Origin: Ranitomeya imitator
Lineage: Eukaryota
Direction of reading: 5' to 3'
DNA length: 64,000 nucleotides
NCBI RefSeq assembly: GCF_032444005.1
Contig: NC_091289.1
Coordinates: forward strand, 135,718,001-135,782,000
Shown here: positions 13,129 through 24,665 of the stretch, piece by piece
Layout of the letters: the number at the start of each line of letters is the position of its first letter
How positions within the stretch are numbered: position 1 is the stretch's first letter
Notes under the pieces: generated by a model
What the model was told of the DNA's origin: nothing
Database searches by the model: none
Seen by the model: only the letters and a program-made list of their open reading frames with translations
Translations under genes and position numbers: made by a program

Positions 13129-16062
13129 CTAGTGTATATACCCTGTAACATTATACTTTTCCAGAAAGGTATCCAGTCCCCTCTTAAATTTAAGTAATGA
13201 ATCACTCATTACAACATCATACGGCAGAGAGTTCCATAGTCTCACTGCTCTTACAGTAAAGAATCCGCGTCTGTTATTATGCTTAAACCTTTTTTCCTCC
13301 AACCGCAGAGGATGTCCCCTTGTCCCGGTTTCAGGTCTATGATTAAAAAGATCATCAGAAAGGTCTTTGTACTGTCCCCTCATATATTTATACATTAAAA
13401 TAAGATCACCCCTTAGTCTTCGTTTTTCCAAACTAAATAGCCCCAAGTGTAATAACCTATCTTGGTATTGCAGACCCCCCTGTCCTCTAATAACCTTGGT
13501 CGCTCTTCTCTGCACCCGCTCTAGTTCAGCTATGTCTTTCTTATACACCGGAGACCAGAACTGTGCACAGTATTCTAAGTGTGGTCGAACTAGTGACTTG
13601 TATAGAGGTAAAATTATATTCTCCTCATGAGCATCTATGCCTCTTTTAATGCATCCCATTATTTTATTTGCCTTTGTAGCCGCTGCCTGACACTGGCCAC
13701 TGAATTTAAGTTTGTCATCCACCCATACACCCAGGTCTTTTTCATTGACGGTTTTGCCCAGAGTTTTAGAATTAAGCACATAATTATACATCTTATTACT
13801 TCTACCCAAGTGCATGACCTTACATTTATCCCCATTAAAGCTCATTTGCCATTTATCAGCCCAAGCTTCTAGTTTACATAAATCATCCTGTAATATAAAA
13901 TTGTCCTCCTCTGTATTGATTACCCTGCAGAGTTTAGTGTCATCTGCAAATATTGAAATTCTACTCTGAATGCCCCCTACAAGGTCATTAATAAATATGT
14001 TAAAAAGAAGAGGGCCCAATACTGACCCCTGTGGTACCCCACTGCTAACCGCTACCCAGTCCGAGTGTGCTCCATTAATAACCACCCTTTGTTTCCTATC
14101 CCTGAGCCAGCTCTCAACCCACTTGCACATATTTTCCCCTATCCCCATTATTCTCATTTTATGTATCAACCTTTTGTGTGGCACCGTATCAAAAGCTTTT
14201 GAAAAGTCCATATACACTACATCCACTGGTTTCCCTTGGTCCAATCCGGAATTTACCTCTTCATAGAAACTGATCAAATTAGTCTGACATGAACGGTCCC
14301 TAGTAAACCCGTGCTGATACTGGGTCATGAGGTTATTCCTCTTCAGATACCCCAGTATAGCATCCCTTAGAATGCCCTCCAGGATTTTACCCACAGTAGA
14401 GGTTAAGCTTACTGGCCTATAATTTCCGAGTTCAGTTTTTGTTCCCTTTTTGAATATTGGCACCACATTTGCTATACGCCAGTCCTGTGGCACAGACCCT
14501 GTTATTATGGAGTCTTTAAAGATTAAAAATAATGGTCTATCAATGATTGTACTTAATTCCTGCAGTACTCGAGGGTGTATCCCATCCGGGCCCGGAGATT
14601 TGTAAATTTTAGTGATTTTTAGACGCCGCCGCACTTCCTGCTGGGTTAAGCAGGTGACATTTAATTGGGAATTTTTATCACTAGACATTTTGTCTGCCAT
14701 GGGATTTTCTTGTGTAAATACTGATGAAAAAAAGTCATTTAGCATATTGGCTTTTTCCTCATCCTCATCCACCATCTCACCCAGACTATTTTTAAGGGGG
14801 CCAACACTATCATTTTTTAGTTTCTTACTATTTATGTAGTTAAAGAATATTTTAGGATTATTTTTACTCTCTCTGGCAATGAGTCTCTCTGTCTCAATCT
14901 TTGCTGCCTTGATTTGCTTTTTACAGAATGTATTTAATTTTCTGTATTTATTTAATGCCTCCTCACTACCTACTTCCTTTAATTCTCTAAATGCTTTCTT
15001 TTTGTCACTTATTGCACCCCTTACAGCTCTATTTAGCCATATTGGTTTCCTCCTATTTCTAGTATGTTTATTCCCATACGGTATATACTGTGCACAGGTC
15101 CTATCCAGGATGCTAATAAACGTCTCCCATTTTCTTTGTGTATTTTTGTGTCTCAGGATATCGTCCCAGTTAATTGCACCAAGATCCTCTCTCATCCGTT
15201 GGAAATTTGCCCTCCTGAAGTTTAGTGTCCTTGTAACCCCTCTACTACACATCTTTTTAAAGGATACATGAAAACTTATTATTTTGTGATCGCTATTTCC
15301 CAAGTGACCCCCAACCCTTATATTTGATATGCGGTCTGGCCTGTTGGTTAATATTAGGTCTAGTAGTGCCCCCCTTCTTGTTGGGTCCTGAACCAGTTGT
15401 GAAAGGTAATTGTCTCTCATAATTGTCAAAAACCGATTACCTTTGCTGGAACTGCAGGTTTCTGTTCCCCAATCTATTTCAGGGTAGTTGAAGTCCCCCA
15501 TAATAATGACTTCTCCTTGAGTCGCAGCTTCATCTATTTGCTTTATGAGGATATTCTCCATTGCTTCCATTATTTTTGGAGATTTATAACAAACCCCTAT
15601 CAGTAATTTATTATTTTTTCCCCCTCCCCTTATCTCCACCCACAGGGATTCTACATTTTCATTAAATTCACCTATATTATCGCGCAGGATGGGTTTTAAG
15701 GATGATTTTACATATAGACACACCCCTCCCCCTCGCTTATCTGTACGGTCATTTCTGAACAAGCTATAGCCCTGCAAGTTAACAGCCCAGTCATGGCTCT
15801 CATCCAGCCATGTCTCAGATATCCCCACCATGTCATAATTATGCTCCAACAACATTAGTTCTAATTCATCCATTTTGTTGGCGATGCTTCTGGCATTAGT
15901 ATAAATGCACTTTATGTTCCTCTCTGTACTTCTATTTCTTAAATTATTAACTGTTCTGACCCCACCCCCCATGCCACCGCCACCCCCAACTTCCTTATTT
16001 GTGCCCAGGTCTCTGTCTGCACTATCTTCCCCTCCTATAAAATGAATACCCTCCCCCCCCAA
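13129..16062 (-). CDS. CR1 ORF2: APE endonuclease plus reverse transcriptase (start uncertain; TTG at 16062, first ATG ~15972)
   Basis: Uninterrupted 977 aa; EN motifs YTNARS, SETWL, MGDFN, LDLILTN, SDH; RT motifs [31 protein letters not shown]. Confidence 0.96.
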   Translation of the reverse strand: MGGEGIHFIGGEDSADRDLGTNKEVGGGGGMGGGVRTVNNLRNRSTERNIKCIYTNARSIANKMDELELMLLEHNYDMVGISETWLDESHDWAVNLQGYSLFRNDRTDKRGGGVCLYVKSSLKPILRDNIGEFNENVESLWVEIRGGGKNNKLLIGVCYKSPKIMEAMENILIKQIDEAATQGEVIIMGDFNYPEIDWGTETCSSSKGNRFLTIMRDNYLSQLVQDPTRRGALLDLILTNRPDRISNIRVGGHLGNSDHKIISFHVSFKKMCSRGVTRTLNFRRANFQRMREDLGAINWDDILRHKNTQRKWETFISILDRTCAQYIPYGNKHTRNRRKPIWLNRAVRGAISDKKKAFRELKEVGSEEALNKYRKLNTFCKKQIKAAKIETERLIARESKNNPKIFFNYINSKKLKNDSVGPLKNSLGEMVDEDEEKANMLNDFFSSVFTQENPMADKMSSDKNSQLNVTCLTQQEVRRRLKITKIYKSPGPDGIHPRVLQELSTIIDRPLFLIFKDSIITGSVPQDWRIANVVPIFKKGTKTELGNYRPVSLTSTVGKILEGILRDAILGYLKRNNLMTQYQHGFTRDRSCQTNLISFYEEVNSGLDQGKPVDVVYMDFSKAFDTVPHKRLIHKMRIMGIGENMCKWVESWLRDRKQRVVINGAHSDWVAVSSGVPQGSVLGPLLFNIFINDLVGGIQSRISIFADDTKLCRVINTEEDNFILQDDLCKLEAWADKWQMSFNGDKCKVMHLGRSNKMYNYVLNSKTLGKTVNEKDLGVWVDDKLKFSGQCQAAATKANKIMGCIKRGIDAHEENIILPLYKSLVRPHLEYCAQFWSPVYKKDIAELERVQRRATKVIRGQGGLQYQDRLLHLGLFSLEKRRLRGDLILMYKYMRGQYKDLSDDLFNHRPETGTRGHPLRLEEKRFKHNNRRGFFTVRAVRLWNSLPYDVVMSDSLLKFKRGLDTFLEKYNVTGYIH

Positions 16063-16065
16063 TTC

Positions 16066-17049
16066 CTAGTTTAAACACTCCTCCAACCTTCTAGCCATTC
16101 TCTCCCCCAGCACAGCTGCACCCTCCCCATTGAGGTGCAGCCCGTCCCTAGCATAGAGCCTGTAGCCAACTGAGAAGTCGGCCCAGTTCTGCAGGAACCC
16201 AAACCCCTCTTTCCTACACCAATTCTTGAGCCACTTATTAACCTCCCTAATCTCCCGTTGCCTCTCTGGCGTGGCACGTGGTACCGGCAGTATTTCGGAA
16301 AATACCACATTGGAGGTCCTTGCTTTCAGCTTGCAGCCCAATTCCCTGAAATCATCTTTAAGGACCTTCCACCTACCTCTAACTTTGTCATTAGTGCCAA
16401 TGTGCACCATGACCGCTGGGTCCTCACCAGCCCCTCCCAATAATTTGTCCACCCGATCAGCGATGTGTCGGACTCGAGCGCCAGGTAGGCAGCACACCGT
16501 TCGACGATCCCTGTCTTTGTGACAGATTGCCCTATCTGTTCCCCTAATAATTGAGTTGCCCACTACCAGCACCTGTCTGGCCTGCCCTGCTCTCCTATTT
16601 CCCTCCTTACTGGAGCAGTCACTCCTCCAGCTTTCAGAGGACATGCCTGGCTGCAGCAGTGCTACCCCTGTACTGGCACCCCCCTCATCTGCCAACTTAG
16701 CAAACTTATTGGGGTGTTCCAGATCAGGACTAGCCTCCCTGGCACTCTTCCCTCTACCCGGCATTCTAACTGTCACCCAGCTTGCTACTTCATTGTCCTG
16801 CAGCTCCATCCCAACATCCCCCCCCTCATCTGTCCCATTGAGCGTCTGCTCCGTGAGCAGAAGACTCCTCTCCATATTGTCTATGGATCTCAGTGTTGCC
16901 AGCTGCACATTTAGAGTCAGAATCTGGGTTTCCAAATGCACAACGTGCTCACATCTCGCACAGCAGTATGCACCCTCGATCGGCTGCTCAAGGACTGCAT
17001 ACATGTGGCAAGATGTGCACTGGATGGCATTAACAATCGTGGAGCACAT
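16066..17049 (-). CDS. CR1 ORF1: Cys-rich N-terminus, coiled coil, SGNH esterase-like domain
   Basis: 327 aa; CxxC...CxxC; VVGNSIIRG, HIGTND and RDGLHLN blocks of the SGNH/GDSL fold typical of CR1 ORF1p. Confidence 0.9.
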   Translation of the reverse strand: MCSTIVNAIQCTSCHMYAVLEQPIEGAYCCARCEHVVHLETQILTLNVQLATLRSIDNMERSLLLTEQTLNGTDEGGDVGMELQDNEVASWVTVRMPGRGKSAREASPDLEHPNKFAKLADEGGASTGVALLQPGMSSESWRSDCSSKEGNRRAGQARQVLVVGNSIIRGTDRAICHKDRDRRTVCCLPGARVRHIADRVDKLLGGAGEDPAVMVHIGTNDKVRGRWKVLKDDFRELGCKLKARTSNVVFSEILPVPRATPERQREIREVNKWLKNWCRKEGFGFLQNWADFSVGYRLYARDGLHLNGEGAAVLGERMARRLEECLN

Positions 17050-17176
17050 TTCCTAATGGGGATTGCACCAGACAGAACAGTTCAATAAAAAAAATAAATA
17101 AATAAATGCAAAGTATTAATAAAAATCAGACAGCAATTCAGTAATTCCTCCCTTGGAAACTCCCTGACTCCAAAGT

Positions 17177-17631
17177 CACTGAACCACAAGTCACACTTAC
17201 CGCCGTCCACACTTACGCTCAGGCCACACTCAGCTCGCTCACACTCGCGCTGCTGAAGATTTATAGATTTTTTTTTTCTAGTTCCCCTCAACAGCAATCA
17301 ACCTTGCTGTTCAAATGCACTTCCAAAAAGGACTTGAGCCCCAAACAGCTGCCCCTTATAAACCCTTAACTATGAGCCCCCACCCTAAGTTAACCCTTAT
17401 GAATATAGCTACCCCCAATTCAGCAACTCACACCAATTCACACAGGTATTTGTTAAAGGCTTTCCAAATACCTCTTCACTGAATCACAAGTCACACTTAC
17501 CGCCGTCCACACTTACGCTCAGATCACACTCAGCTCGCTCACACTCGCTATGCTGAAGATTTATAGATTTTTTTTTTTCTAGTTCCCCTCAACAGCAATC
17601 CACCTTGCTGTTCAAATGCACTTCCAAAAAG
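17177..17631 (-). promoter_or_regulatory. Tandem CR1 5'UTR monomers (~300-bp period) with a TATA-like box
   Basis: 17177-17330 is nearly identical to 17476-17631; TATAAG on the minus strand at 17360-17355. Confidence 0.7.
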
Positions 17632-17632
17632 T

Positions 17633-17742
17633 GAAGTAAAATGGTCTGGATAAATATAGGAGCTTATGTACGAGAGTTCATGAATGGTTACCATTGAATA
17701 GTGTAAGTTCCAATTCTTAGCAATGTCCATAAAATATCTGAC
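17633..17742 (+). repeat. 110-bp direct repeat, right copy
   Basis: Identical by eye to 12793-12902. Confidence 0.92.
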
Positions 17743-17994
17743 CCCGCCCACACCATTAAATAAAACTGATTGCATCTCACAGCGTAATGGTAAAGCTTTG
17801 AAGGGATTGTGGCTGGATTGTCACTGCTGTGTAGACCTGTCCCAGGTAATTACTATGGAGGAAAGGTGTAGTGGTGTACGGAGAGAAACATTGGCAAATG
17901 GCTGATTTTGGGGGGAGTTAGCAGCACAAAATGGCAGCTGTCTTTTATGACTACTAGAGTGTGACGCCTCTAAGTCATCATTATGCATTAATAG

Positions 17995-18540
17995 TGTCAT
18001 GATTCCACCTATAGGTGTGTCTGGAAGCAATGAGTGACAGTTCAGCCATCCAATCTAGGACAGGGGCATGCTGATCTGTCAGTATTATTATGGACAGCTC
18101 AGTCGTCCAATCAGAGGCTGGGGCGTCCTGAGCTGTCAATGTGTTGAGTGACAGTTCAGCCAACCACTCAGGGATGGGGCATGCCTTGGTCTTTTCCATG
18201 TGCCTGATGTGTGTGCTATTTGAGTGATTACCTGTCTATTTAGCTGGCTCTTTGCCTCCAATTAGTGCCAGTTGTAGCTTAGTTTCATTGTTTACGTTTG
18301 CTCTGTGCTCAGTGCTCCTGTATTTAATCTTTGTTTCCTGACCTTGGACCTTGCCTTTGACTATCCATTTGTTTTGCCCTTTTGTCTTAATCTGCTACTT
18401 TCTCAGATTTCTGACTTCGGACTGAGACCTGACACCTTTGCCTTACCCCTATGCTCATGACGAGCCTTCTTGGTATCTGACCTCGGACCTTTTGACTACA
18501 GAACCTCACAGTTTATCTGTGAGTAGTGACTAGCATCACA
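17995..18540 (+). mobile_element. Probable solo LTR (Gypsy-like)
   Basis: TG...CA termini, internal TATTTA and CT-rich short repeats; no clean TSD found. Confidence 0.4.
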
Positions 18541-18844
18541 ATTAATACATTCATAGTATAATCCCTCTGCCAGCCTTAACGTACGTAAGTCACTAAATAT
18601 GGCGGGCACATGACCGCAAGTATGCAATTTCCATACATGCGATCATGTGTCCAGCCTCACTTAATCCATTGAGCAAGGATTGACATGTCTAGTCATAATG
18701 TGGTTGGAAGTATACAGATTGTATACTTCTGGTCAAATGACTCCCGGCGCCAGCATTGGAGAATCCTCACAGCATTACTGTCATGTAGTGTGACTGCAGA
18801 CTTGTACTTCAAGTCCAGACAACCCCTGTTTTTTGTCAACTTAA

Positions 18845-19274
18845 AGTGAATCTGTCAGCAGGTTTTGCAATGTAATATGACAGCAGGATTATGTAGGGAC
18901 AGAGATCCTGATTCCAACAATGTATCACTTATTTACAGGATGTAGCACTTGTAGTAGAATCACAATTTTCTCTGCTGCAGAACTAGCAGAGCTCAGAATG
19001 CTGAGCCCTGTATAACCCCGCCCACACCATTAATTGGAAGCTTTCTGTGTACATTATATATTGAAGGAAAGCTGCTAATCAGCGTTGGGGGTGGTTGGAT
19101 CAGGAGGCATAAGACACCTAGACCTGTAGTGATAATCTCCTGCTAATAAAACACTGATTTTATTGAAACAGCAAAACACAGCCCAATAAGTGACACATTG
19201 CTGGAATCATGTTCTCAGTCCCTACATTATGCTGCTCTAATATTACATAGGAGAAACATACTGACAGATTATTT
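18845..19274. mobile_element. T2/Kolobok-type MITE
   Basis: TTAA flanks at 18841-44 and 19275-78; TIR AGTGAATCTGTCAG / CTGACAGATTATTT; related sequence at ~56700-56968. Confidence 0.6.
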
Positions 19275-20233
19275 TTAAAGAGCCCGCTCCATATAAGGCT
19301 ATACAACCAGCATCGCACTCTAACAGCAGCTACCAGAATATTTTCTGTTTACATTATATAAATCGGGACACAACTACCTTTGATGATTACTTTTTATCAT
19401 TTCTCTACTATAGCAGTATGTTTAGTCTATGCAGAGTGTAAATGATTATAAAATAAATATGATTGTTAAGTATCTTCTTCTGCAATATATTCATCGTATT
19501 GATAAAACCTGCATGACTAACAGGAACTTTCATTCCATCTATGGCACGTTTATTAGAGATCTATGCGACAGGTATTTATTAGAAGTCATGTAATGAGTGG
19601 TTATTATGTGACAGAAGAAGATCGTCAATCAGATTAGGATAATGTATATGAAGAGGCGGCGGATGGTTTACCAGTCAATCATTTTCCTGACACCATCATC
19701 AGGATCCTGTGTCTCCGGGGCTGATTTTACCGAGCAGATAATGGCGCAGATTGTCCTCTGCTAATCCATGTACTGTCATTGCTTTTAGAGAAGTACAGGG
19801 CGTCCTATTATTCTGGGGGCACCACATGGATCCCCCACATCATTCAAAGTGAATACCCTGTTTCTAATGACAGTAATTATATAGTTAAAGTAGTTACATT
19901 ACATAAAAAACAACGCTACAACAAAGCAAAAAGCAATTTTATCTAAGGATTCTTATCAAATAGTCAATACAGATAAATGTGCCCATTTATAAGCCGAAAA
20001 CCAATTCTCACGTTTGTGAGCTGTGGGATTGTTACCATTCATAAATCTAAATTCTAGGCAACAATCTATAAACTAAACACAGAAGTAAAACTTCTCCTGC
20101 CCTGGATTCCAAGCTGATAGCTTTATCTAGACTGATACATTGTAACAAACTGTCAGCTTAAAGGGGAAAAAAAATAACTAAAGGAGATGTAATTTTAAAT
20201 ACATTCATAGAAACCTCTAATTAGCAAATTATA

Positions 20234-23210
20234 CAGTTGAAACCAGAAGTTTACATACACTATATAAAAAAGACACATATGCATGTTTTCCTCAATATCT
20301 GACATGAAATCAGAATAAACCTTTCCCATTTTAGGAAAATTAGGATTGCCATAATTATTAATATTTGCTAAATGCCAGAATAATGAGAGAGAAAAATGTT
20401 TTAAGGCATTTTTTTACTTACTGCAAAGTCAAAAGTCTACATAAACTAGGATTACTATGTCTTTAAACAATTCTGGATTGCCCATATGATGATGTCATGT
20501 GTTTGGAATCTTCTGGTTTTTAGCAACATCTGAGTTAATTAGAGATACACCTGTTTATGTATTTTAATGCACACCTGAAACACACTGCTTCTTTGTGTAG
20601 CATCATGGGAAACTCTCAAGAAATCAGTCAAGATATCAGGAAGAGAATTGTGGACTTGCACAAGTCTGACTCATACTTGGGTTCAATTTCAACATACCTG
20701 AAGGTGCCTCGTTCATCTGTACAAACACTTATATAACAAGATGGGAATGTCCAGCCATCATACCTCTCAGGAAGGAGATGGGTTTTGTGTCCCAGAGATG
20801 AAGGCGCTTTGGTCCGACATGTGCATATCAACCCAAGGACAAAAGCAAAAGACCTCGTGAAGATGATGGCTGAAGCTGGTAAGATTGTGTCAATATCCAC
20901 AATGAAATGAGTAATGTATCAACATGGGCTGAAAGGCCACTCTTCCAGGAAGAAGCCATTACCCCAAAAGAAACATAAAAAGCCAGATTAATGTTTGCAA
21001 ATGCACACAGGAAAAAAGACCTTAATTTTTGGAGACATATCCTGTGGCCTGACGAAACTACAATTGAACTTTTTGGATATAATGACCATCGTTACATTTG
21101 GAGGAAAAAAGGGAGAAGCTTGGAAGCCTTAAAACACCATCCCAACTGTGAAACACGGCAGTGGCAGCATCATGATGTGGAGCTGTTTTGCTGCAGGAGG
21201 GACTGGTGCACTTCACAAAATAGATAGTATCACGAGTAAAGAAGATTATGTGGCAATACTGAAGCAACAGCTTCAAGACATCAGCCAGGAAGTTAAAAGT
21301 TGTACGGAAATGGGTCTTCAAAATGGAAAACGACCTGAAGCATACTGCCAAAATGGTAACAAAGTGGCTTAAGGATAACAAAGTAAATTATTATTTATTA
21401 TTATAGCGCCATATATTCCATGGAGCTTTACATGTGAGGAGGGGTATACATAATAATAACAGGTACAATAATCTTGAACAATACAAGTCACAACTGGTAC
21501 AGGAGGAGAGAGGACCCTGCCCACAAGGGCTCACAATCTACAAGGGATGGGTGAGGATACAGTAGGTAAGGATAGAGCTGGTTGTGCAGTGGTTTGGTCG
21601 ATCGGTGATTACTGCAGGTTGTAGGCTTGTCGGAAGAGGTATGTCTTCAGGTTCTTTTTGAAGGTTTCGATGGTGATGCGCGAGAGAAATCTTGTATGCG
21701 ATTGTGGGAAGAGGAGATAAGAGGGAAGTAGAGAAGGAGATCTTGTGGGGATCGGAGGTTGCGTGCAGGAAAGTACCGGGAGACATGGTCACAGATGTAT
21801 AGAGGAGACAGGTTGTGGATGGCTTTGTATGTCATGGTTAGGCTTTTGTACTGGAGTCTCTGGGCAATGGGGAGCCAGTGAAGGGATTGACAGAGGGGAG
21901 AGGCCGGGGAATAGCGGGGGACAGGTGGATTAGTCAGGCAGCTGAGTTTAGAATAGATTGGAGGGGTGCGACAGTGTTAGAGGGGAGGCCACAGAGCAGG
22001 AGGTTACAGTAGTCGAGGCGGGAGATGATGAGGGCATGGACTAGGGTTTTTGCCGATTCTTGGTTTAGGAATGTACGGATCCATGAAATATTTTTGAGTT
22101 GAAGGCGGCAGGAAGTGGAAAGGGCTTGGATATGCAGTTTGAAGGAGAGATCAGTGTCAAAGATTACCACGAGACAGCGAGTTTGTGGGACTGGGGAGAG
22201 TGGGCAGCTGTTTACTGTAATGGATAGGTTCGTTGGGGGGGTCGCGTGAGATGGGGGAAAGACAATGAATTCTGTTTTGTCCATGTTAAGTTTCAGAAAT
22301 CTAGCAGAGAAGAAGGATGAAATAGCGGATAGACATTGAGGGATTCTGGTTAGTATGGTGGTGATATGTGGTCCAGAGATGTAGATCTGTGTGTCATCAG
22401 CATAAAGATATTACTGAAAACCGTGAGATTCTATGAGCTGTCCCAGACCAAAAGTGTAAATGGAGAAGAGCAGGGGCCCTAGAACTGAACCTTGCGGGAC
22501 TCCGACAGATAGGGGGCGAGGTGAGGAGGTGGTGTGTGAATGGGAGACGCTGAATGTTCAGTCAGTTAGGTATGACAAGATCCAGGATAGGGCCAAGTCT
22601 GTGATGCCAAGGGATGAGAGGGTCTGTAGTAATAGGGAATGGTCCACTGTGTCAAAGCCAGAGGACAGGTTCAGGAGGAGAATAGAGTAGTGTCGCTCTT
22701 GGCAGTTAATAGGTCATTGGTGACCTTAGTTAGAGCAGTTTCAGTGGAGTGGTGTGACCGGAAGCCTGATTGTAACTGGTCGATTGTAAGTAAATGTTTT
22801 CAAGTGGCCATCACAAAGCCCTGATCTCAGTCCTATTGAAAATTTATGGGCAAAGCTGAAAAGGCAGGTGCGAGCAACGCGACCTACAAACTTGGATTAG
22901 CTACACCAATTTTGTCAGGCGGAATGGGCCCAAATTCCAACCAAATATTGTGCGAAGCTTGTGGAAAGATACCCTGAAAGTTTGACCCAAGTCATTCAGT
23001 TTAAGGGCAATGGTACCAAATACTAATGAAATTTATGTAAACTTTTGGCTTTGCAGTAAGTAATAAAATTGCCTTAAAACATTATCTCTCATTATTCTTG
23101 AATTTTGCAAATATTAATGATTATGATAATCCTAATTGACCTAAAACGGGAAAGATTTATTCTGATTTCATGTCAGATTGTCAGATATTGAGAAAAACAT
23201 GCATATGTGT

Positions 23211-23252
<42 letters not shown>

Positions 23253-23276
23253 TACGTAAACTTTTGGTTTGAACTG
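20234..23276 (+). mobile_element. Sleeping Beauty-like (IR/DR) Tc1 relic, interrupted by an L2
   Basis: TA|CAGTTGAAACCAGAAGTTTACATACAC ... GTAAACTTTTGGTTTGAACTG|TA; degraded transposase from the ATG at 20605 (MGNSQEISQDIRKRIVDLHKS...), resuming after 22795 (W.SQSPDL.PIENLW). Confidence 0.9.
21389..22787 (-). mobile_element. 5'-truncated L2 LINE inserted in the Tc1
   Basis: 8-bp TSD AAGTAAAT (21381-88, 22788-95); (TAA)n tail; RT C-terminal residues KTEFIVFPP...SRLDYCN. Confidence 0.92.
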
Positions 23277-24665
23277 TACTTGTTTTTTTCTAGGAAGGTA
23301 ATCACTACAAAATAAAATATGTGAATATGTTGAATTAACATAAACCTGTCCTACAATACTAATATGACTGGTGCCAGTGAGCATGTGCAGTAGGAAGCTC
23401 CACCCCTCCCTATATGTGTATGAAGATTTGATCCCATTGGATTTTGTGATCTATTATTGGAAATATTAGGAGAGCAGTGGTAAGAAAAGGCTGTGCACAC
23501 TGCTAGCCCCGTTGTCTTTCTGATCTAATCTTGGACATACAAGGAGTGCTGAAGTAAAAAGACACTGCTCACACTTCTGTCTACCCTGTGTTTCTGACCC
23601 TAGACTGAAGTTGTTAGGAGTGCTGCTGAGATAAAAAGAGGCTGCTCACACTGCTGTTCAACCTGTCTATCTAATTTAATACTAAAGATATCAGTAGGGC
23701 AACATGTTGAGGAAAGAACAAGGTGTTCACACTACTGTTCATCCTGTCTTTTTGATCTGATACTGGAGATATCCAGAGTGTTGAAATAAGAAGAGGCTGT
23801 TCACACTGCTGTCCATCTTGTCTGATCTAATAGTGGAGATAACAGGCGTGACAGAAAAGGAACAGAGCGTTCACACTGCTGTCCACATTGTATGTCAGAT
23901 CTAGTACTGGAGATACCAGAGGAGCATAGGTAAGAATAGGCTGCTCACACTGCTGTCCACATTGTATGTCAGCTCTAATACTGGAGATACCAGAGGAGCA
24001 TAGGTAAGAGTAGGCTGCTCACACTGCTGTCCACATTGTATGTCAGCTCTAATACTGGAGATACCAGAGGAGCATAGGTAAGAATAGGCTGCTCACACTG
24101 CTGTCCTTTCTGTCTTTCTGATATAATCCTGGCCATACCAGAAGTGTTGAAGTAAAAATAAGCTTGTCACACTGCTGTGCACCATGTGTTTCTGATTTAA
24201 TACTGGAGGAATTGTGAGTGCAGAGGTAAAGAGAGACTGCACATTTATCGGTCTACCCTGTCATTCTGATCTAAGACTGGAGATAGCAAGAGTTCATAGA
24301 TAAAAGGAGGCTGCTCACACTGCTGCTTATCCTGTTTATCTAGTCTAATACTAGAAATATCAGGAGTATTGAGGTGAGGAAAGGCTGCTCACACTGCTGT
24401 CCACCATGTCTATCTGATCTCATACTGGCCATACCATGACTGCTGAGATAAGAAGAGGACACTCCCACTGTTGTCCAAACTGTTTATCTGATCTAAAGGT
24501 GGAGATCAGGAATGCTGTGAGAAAAGAAGAAACTGTTCAAACTGCTGTCCACATTGCATGTCTAATTTAATAAATGAGATATCAGGAGTGCGGAGGTAAA
24601 AAGAGGCTGCTCACACTGCTCTCCACCCTGTCTTTCTTATCTAATACTGGGAATACCAAGAGTGC

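Larger units (their letters stand above)
12903..17632 (-). mobile_element. Full-length CR1 LINE
   Basis: Two intact ORFs; 3' stem-loop GGTTGAA...TTCAACC followed by a TAAC/TATG-type microsatellite tail at ~12903-12970; tandem 5' monomers. Confidence 0.96.

Noticed and set aside
13367-15271. Plus-strand ORFs inside the CR1 (and similarly inside the Gypsy at 31.3-34.9 kb)
   Set aside because: Antisense shadows of long intact ORFs
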